This document shows, piece after piece, positions 27,493 to 37,885 of a stretch of DNA of 64,000 bases (the stretch's first letter is position 1; each line of letters starts with the position of its first letter). The stretch lies in the NCBI GenBank assembly GCA_038851325.1, contig JAWCKZ010000001.1:96001-160000 (forward strand). Direction: 5' to 3'. The position numbers were made by a program, and so were the translations under genes. The notes under the pieces are model-generated. The model saw nothing but the letters and a program-made list of their open reading frames with translations. It was not told the DNA's origin and made no database searches. The stretch comes from Candidatus Bilamarchaeaceae archaeon (lineage in GTDB: Archaea; Micrarchaeota; Micrarchaeia; Anstonellales; Bilamarchaeaceae).

Positions 27493-29040
27493 TTAATGTC
27501 TGAAGTGTCGCATGCCTGTAAAGACCATCGCTATATTGTGCTCATCGGCTGCCCTTATAACTTCTGCATCATTTACCGAACCACCGGGCTGAATTATCGC
27601 AGTAACACCAAGCTTGGCTGCATAATCTACCCCGTCCCTGAACGGAAAGAATGCATCGCTTGCCATTGCGCACCCTTCAAGGCCCTCTCCAGAATCCTGC
27701 GCAACCATGGCACCAACCCTAGCCGCGTCTATTCTTTTCATCTGCCCTGCCCCAATACCTACAGCCCTGTTCTCTCTCGCATAGACGATGGCATTCGAAC
27801 GAACATATTTTACAATCTTCCATGCATACAACATTGATGCCATCTCGCTCTCAGTTGGTTTTCTTCTTGTAACGACCCTTAGTTCCTTGTAGAGCTCCAC
27901 ATCGCTGTCCTGCACAAGGAAGCCGCCCAGAACTGAGCGGTATCTTCTGTACCTTACTACGCCAGCCTCTATGGGAAGCTCCAGAAGACGGATGTTTGGT
28001 TTTTTAGCAAAAACTTTTTTTGCCTCTTGCGTAAAGGATGGTGCAAGAACTATCTCAACAAACCTGGTGGTTATCTCTGATGCCAACTTACCGTCCACCT
28101 CGCGATTTACTGCAACTATACCACCAAAAGCAGCCTCCGGATCAACAGCCCTTGCTGTGAGATAAGCATGGTGTATGCCACTGCTTGATGCCACGCCGCA
28201 TGGATTGTTATGCTTTACTATAACTGCAGTTGGCTCTTCAAACTCCTTTATCAAATTATATGCAGAGTTAGCGTCCAGAACATTGTTGAACGAAAGTTGC
28301 TTCCCCTGGAGCTGCTTTGCCCTTAAAAGCGAGGGGTTTTTTTCATGCTCGTCTATATAGAGCGCTGCTGTTTGATGTGGATTTTCTCCGTATCTTAGGC
28401 CCTGCTTTTTCCTAAATGTAAGATTTAGATACTCTGGATATTCAAACTCATTACCAAAAGTTTTTCTGAAATAATTCTCTATAACAACATCATAATGAGC
28501 TATGTGCATCCACGCTTCTATTGCAAGCTCTCTACGAAAACTTTCGCTTATCTCACCTTTCTCTATTTCAGCCAAAAGCTGTTCGTATCTTTCTGGATTA
28601 CAAACCACTGCCACCTGTCTAAAATTTTTTGCAGCAGCGCGAATAAGGGTTGGACCACCGATATCTATATTCTCTATAATCTCCTCAAATGAGCGACCGC
28701 TAAGGACAGTCTGCTCAAACGGATATAGATTTACTGCAACCACATCGATGGGGACTATCCCGGCTCTTCTTGCTTCCTCCGCATGCATCTCGTTCGTTCT
28801 ATCCATGAGTATTCCACCATGGATTTTTGGATGGAGCGTCTTCACCCTGCCATCCATCATCTCTGGAGATCCTGTGAACTGCGATAATTCTATAGCATCT
28901 ATGCCATTTTTCCTAAGCGTCCTAGCAGTACCGCCGCTTGATATAATCTTAAAACCAGCGCTGTGGAGCCCTCTGGCAAACTCGACTATTCCTTTTTTTT
29001 CAAAAACACTGAGTAAGGCGTACCTATCGCTATCACTCAT
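27493..29040 (-). CDS. purH: bifunctional AICAR transformylase/IMP cyclohydrolase
   Basis: [46 protein letters not shown]. Confidence 0.97.
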   Translation of the reverse strand: MSDSDRYALLSVFEKKGIVEFARGLHSAGFKIISSGGTARTLRKNGIDAIELSQFTGSPEMMDGRVKTLHPKIHGGILMDRTNEMHAEEARRAGIVPIDVVAVNLYPFEQTVLSGRSFEEIIENIDIGGPTLIRAAAKNFRQVAVVCNPERYEQLLAEIEKGEISESFRRELAIEAWMHIAHYDVVIENYFRKTFGNEFEYPEYLNLTFRKKQGLRYGENPHQTAALYIDEHEKNPSLLRAKQLQGKQLSFNNVLDANSAYNLIKEFEEPTAVIVKHNNPCGVASSSGIHHAYLTARAVDPEAAFGGIVAVNREVDGKLASEITTRFVEIVLAPSFTQEAKKVFAKKPNIRLLELPIEAGVVRYRRYRSVLGGFLVQDSDVELYKELRVVTRRKPTESEMASMLYAWKIVKYVRSNAIVYARENRAVGIGAGQMKRIDAARVGAMVAQDSGEGLEGCAMASDAFFPFRDGVDYAAKLGVTAIIQPGGSVNDAEVIRAADEHNIAMVFTGMRHFRH

Positions 29041-29103
29041 TGAGAATACCGTTTATAATTCAACACAGCAAGCGTTTTTAACTCTTGCTTTTCTCATTTT
29101 TAT

Positions 29104-30207
29104 ATGGTTGAAAAAATTAAGCAACAACTTCGAAGTAAACTTGATCAGGATTATGTTATATTGGCGCTGGAAGAAAGAGGCTACTGCGTTTCTCTCCTTA
29201 AAAATGGCAAAACAACAAAAAAAGAATCACGAAATGCAAACGACTTTCTGGAGCTCATCGATTCTTCGGTTGTGAGTTGGGTTGATTTTGTTGTAGATAA
29301 TTTTAAGACTGAAAGTATAGATGTAGCAAAGGCGCTTGGATTTAGCGAGGTGCTCGTAAGGTCTCTTCTTAAGAATAAGCAAGGTGGTTATGAGGATCTG
29401 ACTACCGAAATGGGAGTACTTTTACCAGCGATAATAGTATCTGGCTTCAATGTTAGGTTAGACCCCCTTCTTATTCTAATTAAACAAAACCTTGTAGTAA
29501 CCATTCACAGCACAGAGGCAAAAAGATTTTTCAGATTAAGACGGTATGGAGAAATATTCATGAGAAAGATCGAGACAAAGGTGCCACAACAAGATAAGGT
29601 AACACAAATTCTTATTAGAATACTCGATGAGAACAACAGCAGAAATTTTGACCACCTTAGGGAGATAGAAGAGAACTCAGATAAACTCAGCCAAAAACTT
29701 GCTGACCCCAGGACGTCGCGAGAAATTCTGGGGCCTGAGATATACAACATGAAGCATGCACTCATAACGTACCTCGGTGGCCTTTGGGCAACTGTCGATG
29801 TCCTAAACACATTACGATACGGAGACCCAGAGGTACTAACCGATGACCCAAAGCTACTTGAAAGGATAGGAGCGCTCGTCACAGAAGTTAATAATCATAT
29901 AGGAGTCGCGGAACATCTCAGTGAGGTTTTAGCAAGTGGCCTCGAAGTTCTTCAAAGCATTTACAATAACCAGTTGCAGATACTTAACAACAGACTTGCA
30001 ATCCTTGTGGCTTATCTTACAATAATAGGAACAGCTGTCCTGGTGCCAAACACCCTTGCTACTGTACTAAGCAATCCTGCTTATGGGATGGGGCCTGCTG
30101 ATGCTGGCTGGTACTCTGCGCTTCTTGTTATTTCCACCATAGTTGCCATAATTGTTGCGTATGTTTGGGTTAAAAAGGCAGGGTGGCTCCCTTCTAGGCT
30201 TGAATAA
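29104..30207 (+). CDS. CorA-family Mg2+/divalent cation transporter
   Basis: Large soluble domain, long helix, two C-terminal TM helices with YGM. Confidence 0.75.
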   Translation: MVEKIKQQLRSKLDQDYVILALEERGYCVSLLKNGKTTKKESRNANDFLELIDSSVVSWVDFVVDNFKTESIDVAKALGFSEVLVRSLLKNKQGGYEDLTTEMGVLLPAIIVSGFNVRLDPLLILIKQNLVVTIHSTEAKRFFRLRRYGEIFMRKIETKVPQQDKVTQILIRILDENNSRNFDHLREIEENSDKLSQKLADPRTSREILGPEIYNMKHALITYLGGLWATVDVLNTLRYGDPEVLTDDPKLLERIGALVTEVNNHIGVAEHLSEVLASGLEVLQSIYNNQLQILNNRLAILVAYLTIIGTAVLVPNTLATVLSNPAYGMGPADAGWYSALLVISTIVAIIVAYVWVKKAGWLPSRLE

Positions 30208-30512
30208 ACTCTATCAATGGTGCATGACTGTTTTTGGTTATTTCAGAAAGCTTACTGTACACTACACTCTTGTGTGTACTGTCTACAACCTTTGATGCCT
30301 TCATGGAAAAAGGCGGGAGGCAGTGCCCCTGAAGTTTATTTTTGTATGAAGGAGATAGTGGGCTGGATTCCTTCTGTTTTTTTCGTTTTTGCCCCTTTAT
30401 GTAGTAGTATCCTCTCATAGGGTTTTTCCAATGTATAAATGGTTTTGTTGCGTAACTGAACTTCATACTCCCACGGTTTCGAAAACTCTCTAGGCTTTTA
30501 AAAAATTTTCGC

Positions 30513-31826
30513 TTAATAATTCGGCACTTGCCTAATCTTACAATCTTCTCTTAGTTCTTTCCCCACAGCAAGGAGAAATTCGTTTAGTTTATCAGCAGGG
30601 AAAGAAGCGCCCGCAGCAATTCTATGCCCACCACCGACACCGTGTGCAATCTCAGCTGCCTTTCTCATTATTAATCCTAGATTCACTCCGCGACCGCGCG
30701 CTGAGGCTTTAATGCCACCTTCATCACTGCTGGCGATGCCTACTATCGGCTTTTTCCATCTTTGCTCCAATACCATACCACAGATTGTTCCAATTATGGC
30801 TTCGTCTATTTTCTTCCTACCATCAAGAAAGAAAAATGCGCCGAAATCTTGGATGTTGCCGCGTGCAAACTCTATTCCCTCCTTGAGCATTCGCCTGTGT
30901 AACTGAAGAAGAGAGCGCGCTCCCTGAAAACAGCCTTCATCCCCCAACGCCACTCTTATCCCGATATCATCCCGCGCGTGTCTTCCACACGCATTGAGAA
31001 GGGTAGAGAACTCGCTTGCTTCATAAGTCTCGTTCATCTTATTTTTTGGGAACACATAGCTCTCTCCAATAAGTTCATCTAAGGATGCTATCCTCCCCCT
31101 CTCAACTAAAATCTCAGCAAGCGCAGACGCCAGGCGTATTTTTTCTTCTTTTGTCAGGTCGACGTATCTTCGATACTCCTCGCCCTTCTTGATCGGAATG
31201 CCAAGTGTAGTAAGAAGAGCCGCTGCCTTATCTTCTCTGTAGGATATCCCCGGAATGTAAGGCTCATCCGAATATTCTAGAAATTGAATAAGAGGTCTTG
31301 AGTACCTACCATAAAAGCGCAAGTCGTTCTCTGTTCTTACAAGTCCCTTATTTATACCATCTGCAAGGATCTCTCTATTTTTTCCTCTGAGAGGCCACTG
31401 CATGTCCCCAACAGCGCCAGTGATTGCAAGCTCTACTCGCTCACCAAAGACCAGGTAAGCTGTTCCGGCTGCGCTTAACTCCTCCCCTCCATTAATCCCG
31501 TAAAGCATCGGATTAACCTGTAATTTCTTTATCCCCTCGGTCTGGTGATGGTCTATTATAACCACATCGCAGAGTTCGTTAACACGCTTGTGTCCACCGC
31601 CGATGTCAACGAAGATAAGTTCCCGTTCGTTCCTATAACGTTCTATGACGGCGTCATCAAGTTTCTTTATGCACTCTCGTCTAAATTTTTTTCCTGCTGC
31701 AAGAAATGCTGACACAACTATCGCTCCGCTTGTAATCCCATCGCAATCATGATGGTGCACAATTAACGGTTCATTGAACGAGAGCGCAACCCTCCTCGCC
31801 TCCTCGCACGCCTCTTGAAAGTTCAT
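30513..31826 (-). CDS. DHH/RecJ-like nuclease
   Basis: HHDCDG, DHH, GGGHRIAAGA. Confidence 0.9.
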   Translation of the reverse strand: MNFQEACEEARRVALSFNEPLIVHHHDCDGITSGAIVVSAFLAAGKKFRRECIKKLDDAVIERYRNERELIFVDIGGGHKRVNELCDVVIIDHHQTEGIKKLQVNPMLYGINGGEELSAAGTAYLVFGERVELAITGAVGDMQWPLRGKNREILADGINKGLVRTENDLRFYGRYSRPLIQFLEYSDEPYIPGISYREDKAAALLTTLGIPIKKGEEYRRYVDLTKEEKIRLASALAEILVERGRIASLDELIGESYVFPKNKMNETYEASEFSTLLNACGRHARDDIGIRVALGDEGCFQGARSLLQLHRRMLKEGIEFARGNIQDFGAFFFLDGRKKIDEAIIGTICGMVLEQRWKKPIVGIASSDEGGIKASARGRGVNLGLIMRKAAEIAHGVGGGHRIAAGASFPADKLNEFLLAVGKELREDCKIRQVPNY

Positions 31827-31887
31827 AGTTGGTAAGTAAGAGCTGATGTTTTAAACTCTTATGTTAAGAAAAATCTTAGGTGTGCAT

Positions 31888-33324
31888 ATGCAAATTCCGA
31901 AATCAAACTTCTCAGAATGGTACAACGCCATAATAAAGGAAGCTCAACTCTGCGACCTTCGATATGAAGTCAAGGGATTTGTAGTTTTTATGCCCTGGGC
32001 AGTTCTTACTATGAACAAAATGTATGAAATCTACGAGAAAGAACTCCAGGCGCGCGGTCATCTCCCGGCACTCTTTCCTGCGCTCATTCCAGAGCATTAC
32101 ATAATGAGAGAGAGTGAACACGTTGCTGGATTTGTGCCAGAGGTTTTTTGGGTAGCAACGGCAGGCAAAAACCAACTTGAGGAAAAACTTGCGATGAGAC
32201 CTACTAGCGAAACGGCTATCTATCCTATGTATGCGCTTTGGATTCATGGAAAGAAAGACCTCCCGCTTAAGATCTACCAGAGATGTCAGGTCTGGCGATA
32301 TGAAACAAAAGCCACAAAGCCATTCATACGCTCAAGAGAATTTTATTGGATAGAAACACATAACTGCTTTGCCACGAAGGAAGACGCAGAGGACCAAGTT
32401 CGTGAGGATATGGAGATGGCAGAGAAGGTTCTTCACGGTGAGTTTGGCGTTCCGTTCCTTTTTTTCAAGAGACCGCAGTGGGATAAATTCGCCGGAGCAG
32501 ATGATACCTACGCTGCGGATACGCTAATGCCTGATCGTAGAGTTCTTCAGCTACCATCCACACACATGTTAGGGCAAAATTTTGCAAAAGCTTTTGGTAT
32601 AAAATATATGGATGAAAACGAGAAAGAGCAGTACGTATGGCAGACATGCTATGGCCCAGCTATTTCAAGAATATACGCAGCAGTGATAGCAACTCACGGA
32701 GATGACAAGGGATTAGTCCTTCCGTTTGAGCTTGCGCCACTGCAGATTGTCATAGTACCTATAGTAAAAAAGGATACGGAACAAACGGTCATAAAAAAAG
32801 CAAGAGAGTTACGCGACAAGTTGGCTGAACGTTACTCTGTCAAGCTCGATGAGAGTGAGGAAACGCCTGGCGCAAAGTACAACTTTTGGGAAATGAAAGG
32901 TGTGCCACTCCGAATAGAAATTGGAATGCGTGACATCGAACATAAATCTGTAACTATCTTCCGACGCGACATAAGGGAAAAGAAGTTGGTAAAAGAAAAC
33001 GACATTTTTGAGGAGATAGAAAACATGCGTACAGAGATAAAGGTCGTTTTACGTAAGAGAGCAGATGAGTGGTTTAAAAAACAGCAGGGAGAGGCTGACA
33101 CAATCGAGGAGCTCAACAGTGCACTTGAGAGATATGGACTTGTTAAAGTGCCATTTTGCACAGATCGCATGGAAGGAGAGAGATGCGCTGATGTTGTTAA
33201 AGAAAAATGCCATGCAAATATAAGAGGAACGCTTTACGGAAACAACGAAAGTCCAAAAGGAAAGAAGTGCATCGGATGCGGGAAAAAAGCTACACTGTAT
33301 CTATATGCTGCCAGGCAGTATTAA
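31888..33324 (+). CDS. proS: prolyl-tRNA synthetase (archaeal type)
   Basis: RPTSET, WRYETKATKPFIRSREF, HMLGQNF, C-terminal ARQY. Confidence 0.97.
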   Translation: MQIPKSNFSEWYNAIIKEAQLCDLRYEVKGFVVFMPWAVLTMNKMYEIYEKELQARGHLPALFPALIPEHYIMRESEHVAGFVPEVFWVATAGKNQLEEKLAMRPTSETAIYPMYALWIHGKKDLPLKIYQRCQVWRYETKATKPFIRSREFYWIETHNCFATKEDAEDQVREDMEMAEKVLHGEFGVPFLFFKRPQWDKFAGADDTYAADTLMPDRRVLQLPSTHMLGQNFAKAFGIKYMDENEKEQYVWQTCYGPAISRIYAAVIATHGDDKGLVLPFELAPLQIVIVPIVKKDTEQTVIKKARELRDKLAERYSVKLDESEETPGAKYNFWEMKGVPLRIEIGMRDIEHKSVTIFRRDIREKKLVKENDIFEEIENMRTEIKVVLRKRADEWFKKQQGEADTIEELNSALERYGLVKVPFCTDRMEGERCADVVKEKCHANIRGTLYGNNESPKGKKCIGCGKKATLYLYAARQY

Positions 33325-33379
33325 ACATGTTTAGGCAACCAAGGAAAAACTTTTAATCCACAACGCCCTAGGCATTATT

Positions 33380-36049
33380 ATGATTACTCAAAAAAGCCTG
33401 TTGACTCAAAAGGTTGAAACCTATCTAATCCTCGCAAAGGAAAGCGAGCGCTTTTGGCATTTTCTTGGTGTTTTCTTAGCCGCTCTCCTTATGCTGAGTA
33501 CAATCAAATTTTACCCGCTCTTTATTGTCTTCCTCCTCGCTGCAATTTGTGGTGCAATAGCTTATTTCAAACCACCCTTGGCTACCATTGCCTCTTTCAT
33601 TTTTGCATTTCCAGCAGTTGTGTACCAATCGGCAGCATTTGGTTGGATCTTCGCTCTCATACTTGCCATAGTACTCTTTGAGGCGTTTGAAAACTGGACA
33701 ATAATAACTGTGCTTCAAATATTGGTAATGGCCCCGTTTGCCTTTGATAGACTTCCGGTATTTGGTTGGATGTCTATATTTTGCATGCTCGCCTTTTCGT
33801 TTCATTTCGGTTCGAAGCGAAGCGCCCTCATTTCTATCCCAGCAGTACTCTCTATTCTTCTTATGTCAACTCTTCTCTCCACCGAAAACAGCGCTTTCAT
33901 GCCAATAAATCTTCGACTATACGCGCCCTATTCCGAATTTATGTTTAAAAAAAATGCGGTAGAAATAGAAAACCTGAGTAGCGAACTCCTAAAAGCCATA
34001 GATCGTTTTTTCAATGCCCAAAACATGGGTTCTGTATTTCTAGCCATAAATTTAATTGCAACAAACATTTTTACTATTCTCTTCGTTGACTCTGGACTTG
34101 TGCAGCTCTTGGGATGGACGACTGTTCTTTTCCTTGCACCCTATCTTTCCGCGCGGCTAAAGAACAGGCCGCAGCTGTTCTCCAGCCTTTCGCTTCTTAT
34201 CTTAATCCCGGTTTACTACTTTGCCGGAATGATTTCTGGCACTGGCCTCCATCTGGGCTTTGTTGCTGCTGTTATTTTTTCCATTGCGCTTTTTGGGCTT
34301 ATGGAACACATCGGCTGGCGGATAACCAGAGAGACAGAGCTCCAACGTGCTGAGAAAGTGAAAGAATACGGAAAGTTTGGATTCAAAGATGTTGGAGCTG
34401 TTGCAACAGAGACGCTTGCGGACATAGGTGGTTACGAAAAAATAAAACAAGAACTAAAAGATGCTATCATGCTACCTCTAGAAAGGCAGGAGATAGCTCA
34501 TGCATATGGAATGAAACCCCCGTCTGGAATTCTTCTTTTCGGTCCTCCAGGCACAGGAAAGACAGCGCTGATGCGTGCGCTCGCACGGGAACTTAAATAC
34601 AACTTTATAGAAGTAAAGTGCTCCCAAATCCTGTCCCAATGGTATGGTGAATCTGAGAAGAACATCGCAGAAGTCTTTGCTACTGCTCGCAAAACTGCTC
34701 CAACAATCCTGTTCTTCGATGAGATAGACACTATAGGAAAGAAGAGGGCTGTGGCCGCGACAGATGAGGTAACACCGCGAGTGCTGAGCGCGATGCTTCA
34801 GGAGATGGACGGAGCTGTTAAGTCAAAAGCATCTGTAATTGTTGTTGGCACAACAAACATCCCAAATCAGCTTGACCCTGCCCTTCTCAGACCTGGACGT
34901 TTTGACAAGATAATCTACATGCCGCTTCCTGATTTCGAAGGAAGAAAAGCGATATTCAAAGTACTTACGAGAAAGCTCCCATTAGATCCTGATGTTGACT
35001 TTGACCTACTCGCAAAAAAAACAGAGCGCTTCTCCGGTGCGGACATAAAGAATATAATTACCGAAGCAAAGAACGCCGCCGCAAAAGAAGCAGCCTCAAA
35101 GGGCGTGATTGTGCCGATTGGAATGAGACATATTCTCCCCCTTCTTAAATTTGTAAAGCCAAGTACCACGTTGGAACAGTTAGCGGAGTATGAAAAATTT
35201 AAGATGGACTTTGAAAGAAGCATAGCTGCAAAGGAGAAGAAGCCAGAGATCGAGGAGGTTAAATGGAGCGACGTTGTTGGCATGGAGAATATTAAACAGA
35301 CTTTGCTCGAGACCATACAGCTTCCACTCCTTCACGAAGATCTTATGAAACAGTTCAATATAAGACCAAGCAAAGGAATACTCCTGTTTGGCCCGCCCGG
35401 AACAGGCAAAACATTAATCGTGCGGGCCGCTGCAAATGAATTAAACGCTTCTTTCCAAGCGCTGAGCGGAGCTGACCTCATGAAGAGAGGGTATTTCTAT
35501 GCCACAAACGTAATAAAGGAGGCATTCAATCGTGCGAGGGAGAACGCACCGTCGATAATTTTCATAGACGAGATAGAAACATTCTTACCAGCACGCGGTG
35601 CAAGCTCATCAGAGATGGTCGGGCAGTTCCTCGCGGAAATGGACGGAATAAAGGAATTAAAAGGGGTCGTGGTTATTGCGGCCACAAACAGACCTGACCT
35701 TCTGGACCCTGCCATTCTCAGACCAGGCAGGTTCGACAAGATATTCTACATCCCCCCGCCTGATGAAAAGTCAAGAGCGGAAATATTTAGACTTAATCTT
35801 GGGGAGTTCGCTAAAGGGATTGATCTAGAAAAACTTGCCAAGCTTACGAATGGCTTCAGTGGCGCTGATATCGCAGCAATATGCAGAGATGTAAAAATGA
35901 TGGCTTTACGCGAAAAACTCACTGGAAGAGAACCAAAAATAACGACTGTGATGATAGAAGAGATAATAATGCAGCGGCGCCCATCGATAACACCGATGAT
36001 GCTTAAGCTCTATGAAGCATTTATAGAAAAATACGGCGAACGCAAATAA
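33380..36049 (+). CDS. tandem AAA+ ATPase (Cdc48-like D1/D2) with polytopic membrane N-terminus
   Basis: About 310 aa hydrophobic N-terminus; two GILLFGPPGTGKT and LRPGRFD modules. Confidence 0.88.
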   Translation: MITQKSLLTQKVETYLILAKESERFWHFLGVFLAALLMLSTIKFYPLFIVFLLAAICGAIAYFKPPLATIASFIFAFPAVVYQSAAFGWIFALILAIVLFEAFENWTIITVLQILVMAPFAFDRLPVFGWMSIFCMLAFSFHFGSKRSALISIPAVLSILLMSTLLSTENSAFMPINLRLYAPYSEFMFKKNAVEIENLSSELLKAIDRFFNAQNMGSVFLAINLIATNIFTILFVDSGLVQLLGWTTVLFLAPYLSARLKNRPQLFSSLSLLILIPVYYFAGMISGTGLHLGFVAAVIFSIALFGLMEHIGWRITRETELQRAEKVKEYGKFGFKDVGAVATETLADIGGYEKIKQELKDAIMLPLERQEIAHAYGMKPPSGILLFGPPGTGKTALMRALARELKYNFIEVKCSQILSQWYGESEKNIAEVFATARKTAPTILFFDEIDTIGKKRAVAATDEVTPRVLSAMLQEMDGAVKSKASVIVVGTTNIPNQLDPALLRPGRFDKIIYMPLPDFEGRKAIFKVLTRKLPLDPDVDFDLLAKKTERFSGADIKNIITEAKNAAAKEAASKGVIVPIGMRHILPLLKFVKPSTTLEQLAEYEKFKMDFERSIAAKEKKPEIEEVKWSDVVGMENIKQTLLETIQLPLLHEDLMKQFNIRPSKGILLFGPPGTGKTLIVRAAANELNASFQALSGADLMKRGYFYATNVIKEAFNRARENAPSIIFIDEIETFLPARGASSSEMVGQFLAEMDGIKELKGVVVIAATNRPDLLDPAILRPGRFDKIFYIPPPDEKSRAEIFRLNLGEFAKGIDLEKLAKLTNGFSGADIAAICRDVKMMALREKLTGREPKITTVMIEEIIMQRRPSITPMMLKLYEAFIEKYGERK

Positions 36050-36051
36050 AA

Positions 36052-37794
36052 CTAAACCTTACGACTTCCCTTTCTTTGCAGTTCATACATCTCTTTTACC
36101 TCATCGGTTGTTGTCGCTTCTTTCGCGCTTCTATCTTCTCTAAGCCTAAGCATCCGTGGAAAGCGAAGTGCATAACCCTTATCTTCATGTAGACCGCATG
36201 TATGAATAGGTGAAAGTGTTATCTCATCAAATGCGACCTCAACAACATATTCAGGTTCTACCCAAAAATCCGGCTTTATTCTGTAATCAAGGTCCTTCGG
36301 TGGCTCCTTTCGTTTTATCTTGTCAAGCGCTCGCTTTAGCGACACCATTTCCTCCTCGCTAAAACCAGAACCTATCTTTGCGACAGTTTCATACTTATTC
36401 CTGTCCGGATTATAGACAGCTATCAGAAGACCGCCAAATTTAAATTCAGCCCGTGCTCCCTTTCCGAGATAATAGCCAACGATTACTCCGTCTATCGTGT
36501 CGACCGCTTTTCCATACGATTTCTTCAACTTTATCCATGCAAACTTTCTCTTCCCAGCTGTATAAGGAGCATTCAGGTCCTTTGCCATTATTCCTTCAAG
36601 TCTTCGATTTATTGCATCTTCAAAGCACTCCTGAAGTTCCTCTGCAGTCTTTACTATTTTTTGCTCACTCAACTTAAGTATTCCCTCCCTATCTACCGGT
36701 ATTACTTTCTCAAGCGCAGCTCTTCTCTTACTATACGGCTCCGTTGTGTAATCCTTTCCATTTAGATAGAGAAGGTCAAAACAGAAAAGATTTAACGGAA
36801 GCTCCTTCTTTGCTTCCTCAACACCGTATTTTCTCTTTCTTTGGATCGTCTCTTGAAATGAGTAGTATCTCCCCTCTTTTTTGTTGTAAGCAAGCGCCTC
36901 CCCTTCCAGGATTATTTCCTTCTCTTTCAGTCTTTTTACCGCGTCAACTATCTCTGGGAACATATGGGTCATTCTGTCAAGCCTTCTGGAGTAGAGCTCT
37001 ACATTCTCTCCGCTTTTGTGTACCTGAAGCCTAAAACCGTCGTATTTTCCTTCGCTTGCGCACTCTCCGATTTTTTCTATTATCTCCTCTGGTGTGCTCA
37101 ACCGTTCCGCCAGAGCAGGCATGAGGGGCTTAAATGGCTGAACGGTGAATCGCTCTACTTTCTTTTCATCTTCATAGAAAAGCCGTGCGACATAGCCGAT
37201 GTCTGAGCAGACATCATATGCACGTTCCAATCGTTCTCTCCACGATTTATCCCCAAAGCGTGCCACTGAGAGCGCATCGAGTATAGTCGGATCACCAACA
37301 CCAAGACGAAGTCTCCCAAGCACGAAACGTATAATGTAACGCGCTTCAAGAGGACTTGCACTATTAAGCAATTCCGCGAGATATCTCTTTTTTAATTCAT
37401 TACTCCCAGGACCGGAAGTTTTAGCAATTCTCATCAGCGCCTCGTGAAGATAGATGATCGTCATCTCTGATTTGCTGAGTGAAAGTTGTTTTTTCTTTTT
37501 TAGGAGTTCTTCCGCAGTTATTCCCAAATCGCCTGTTTTCTTAAAATGCGCTTCAACGTCTTTTTGAGAGTAACCTGTTGCCGATGCTATCGCGTCTATT
37601 GCAAACCGCTCACCAAGGCCAAGCTCAATCCCTTCAAATGGTGGCGCAACAACCCCCTGCACAAAATAAACAAGTTTTTCTATCTCCTTGCTGTCAGCCT
37701 TTTTAAAAAGTCCTGCCAACAATCCTGTCATTTCTATTCTTCCGCTTTTGCTCTCAACCTTATCAAAAACCTCTGCAACTTCTTTGAAATGCAT
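36052..37794 (-). CDS. lig: ATP-dependent DNA ligase
   Basis: KYDGFR, EGIMAK, WIKLK, LRFPR..REDR. Confidence 0.97.
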   Translation of the reverse strand: MHFKEVAEVFDKVESKSGRIEMTGLLAGLFKKADSKEIEKLVYFVQGVVAPPFEGIELGLGERFAIDAIASATGYSQKDVEAHFKKTGDLGITAEELLKKKKQLSLSKSEMTIIYLHEALMRIAKTSGPGSNELKKRYLAELLNSASPLEARYIIRFVLGRLRLGVGDPTILDALSVARFGDKSWRERLERAYDVCSDIGYVARLFYEDEKKVERFTVQPFKPLMPALAERLSTPEEIIEKIGECASEGKYDGFRLQVHKSGENVELYSRRLDRMTHMFPEIVDAVKRLKEKEIILEGEALAYNKKEGRYYSFQETIQRKRKYGVEEAKKELPLNLFCFDLLYLNGKDYTTEPYSKRRAALEKVIPVDREGILKLSEQKIVKTAEELQECFEDAINRRLEGIMAKDLNAPYTAGKRKFAWIKLKKSYGKAVDTIDGVIVGYYLGKGARAEFKFGGLLIAVYNPDRNKYETVAKIGSGFSEEEMVSLKRALDKIKRKEPPKDLDYRIKPDFWVEPEYVVEVAFDEITLSPIHTCGLHEDKGYALRFPRMLRLREDRSAKEATTTDEVKEMYELQRKGSRKV

Positions 37795-37885
37795 GAAGGA
37801 TTAGACCCTAAATAGGTTAAAAAACCTTGCATGTTTTCATTCACACATAATCCCCAGATTTAAAAAAAGATGGTGAGAGCAACAT

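Noticed and set aside
30194..30466. Two overlapping opposite-strand small ORFs between corA-like and DHH genes
   Set aside because: No motif; cannot decide which, if either, is real
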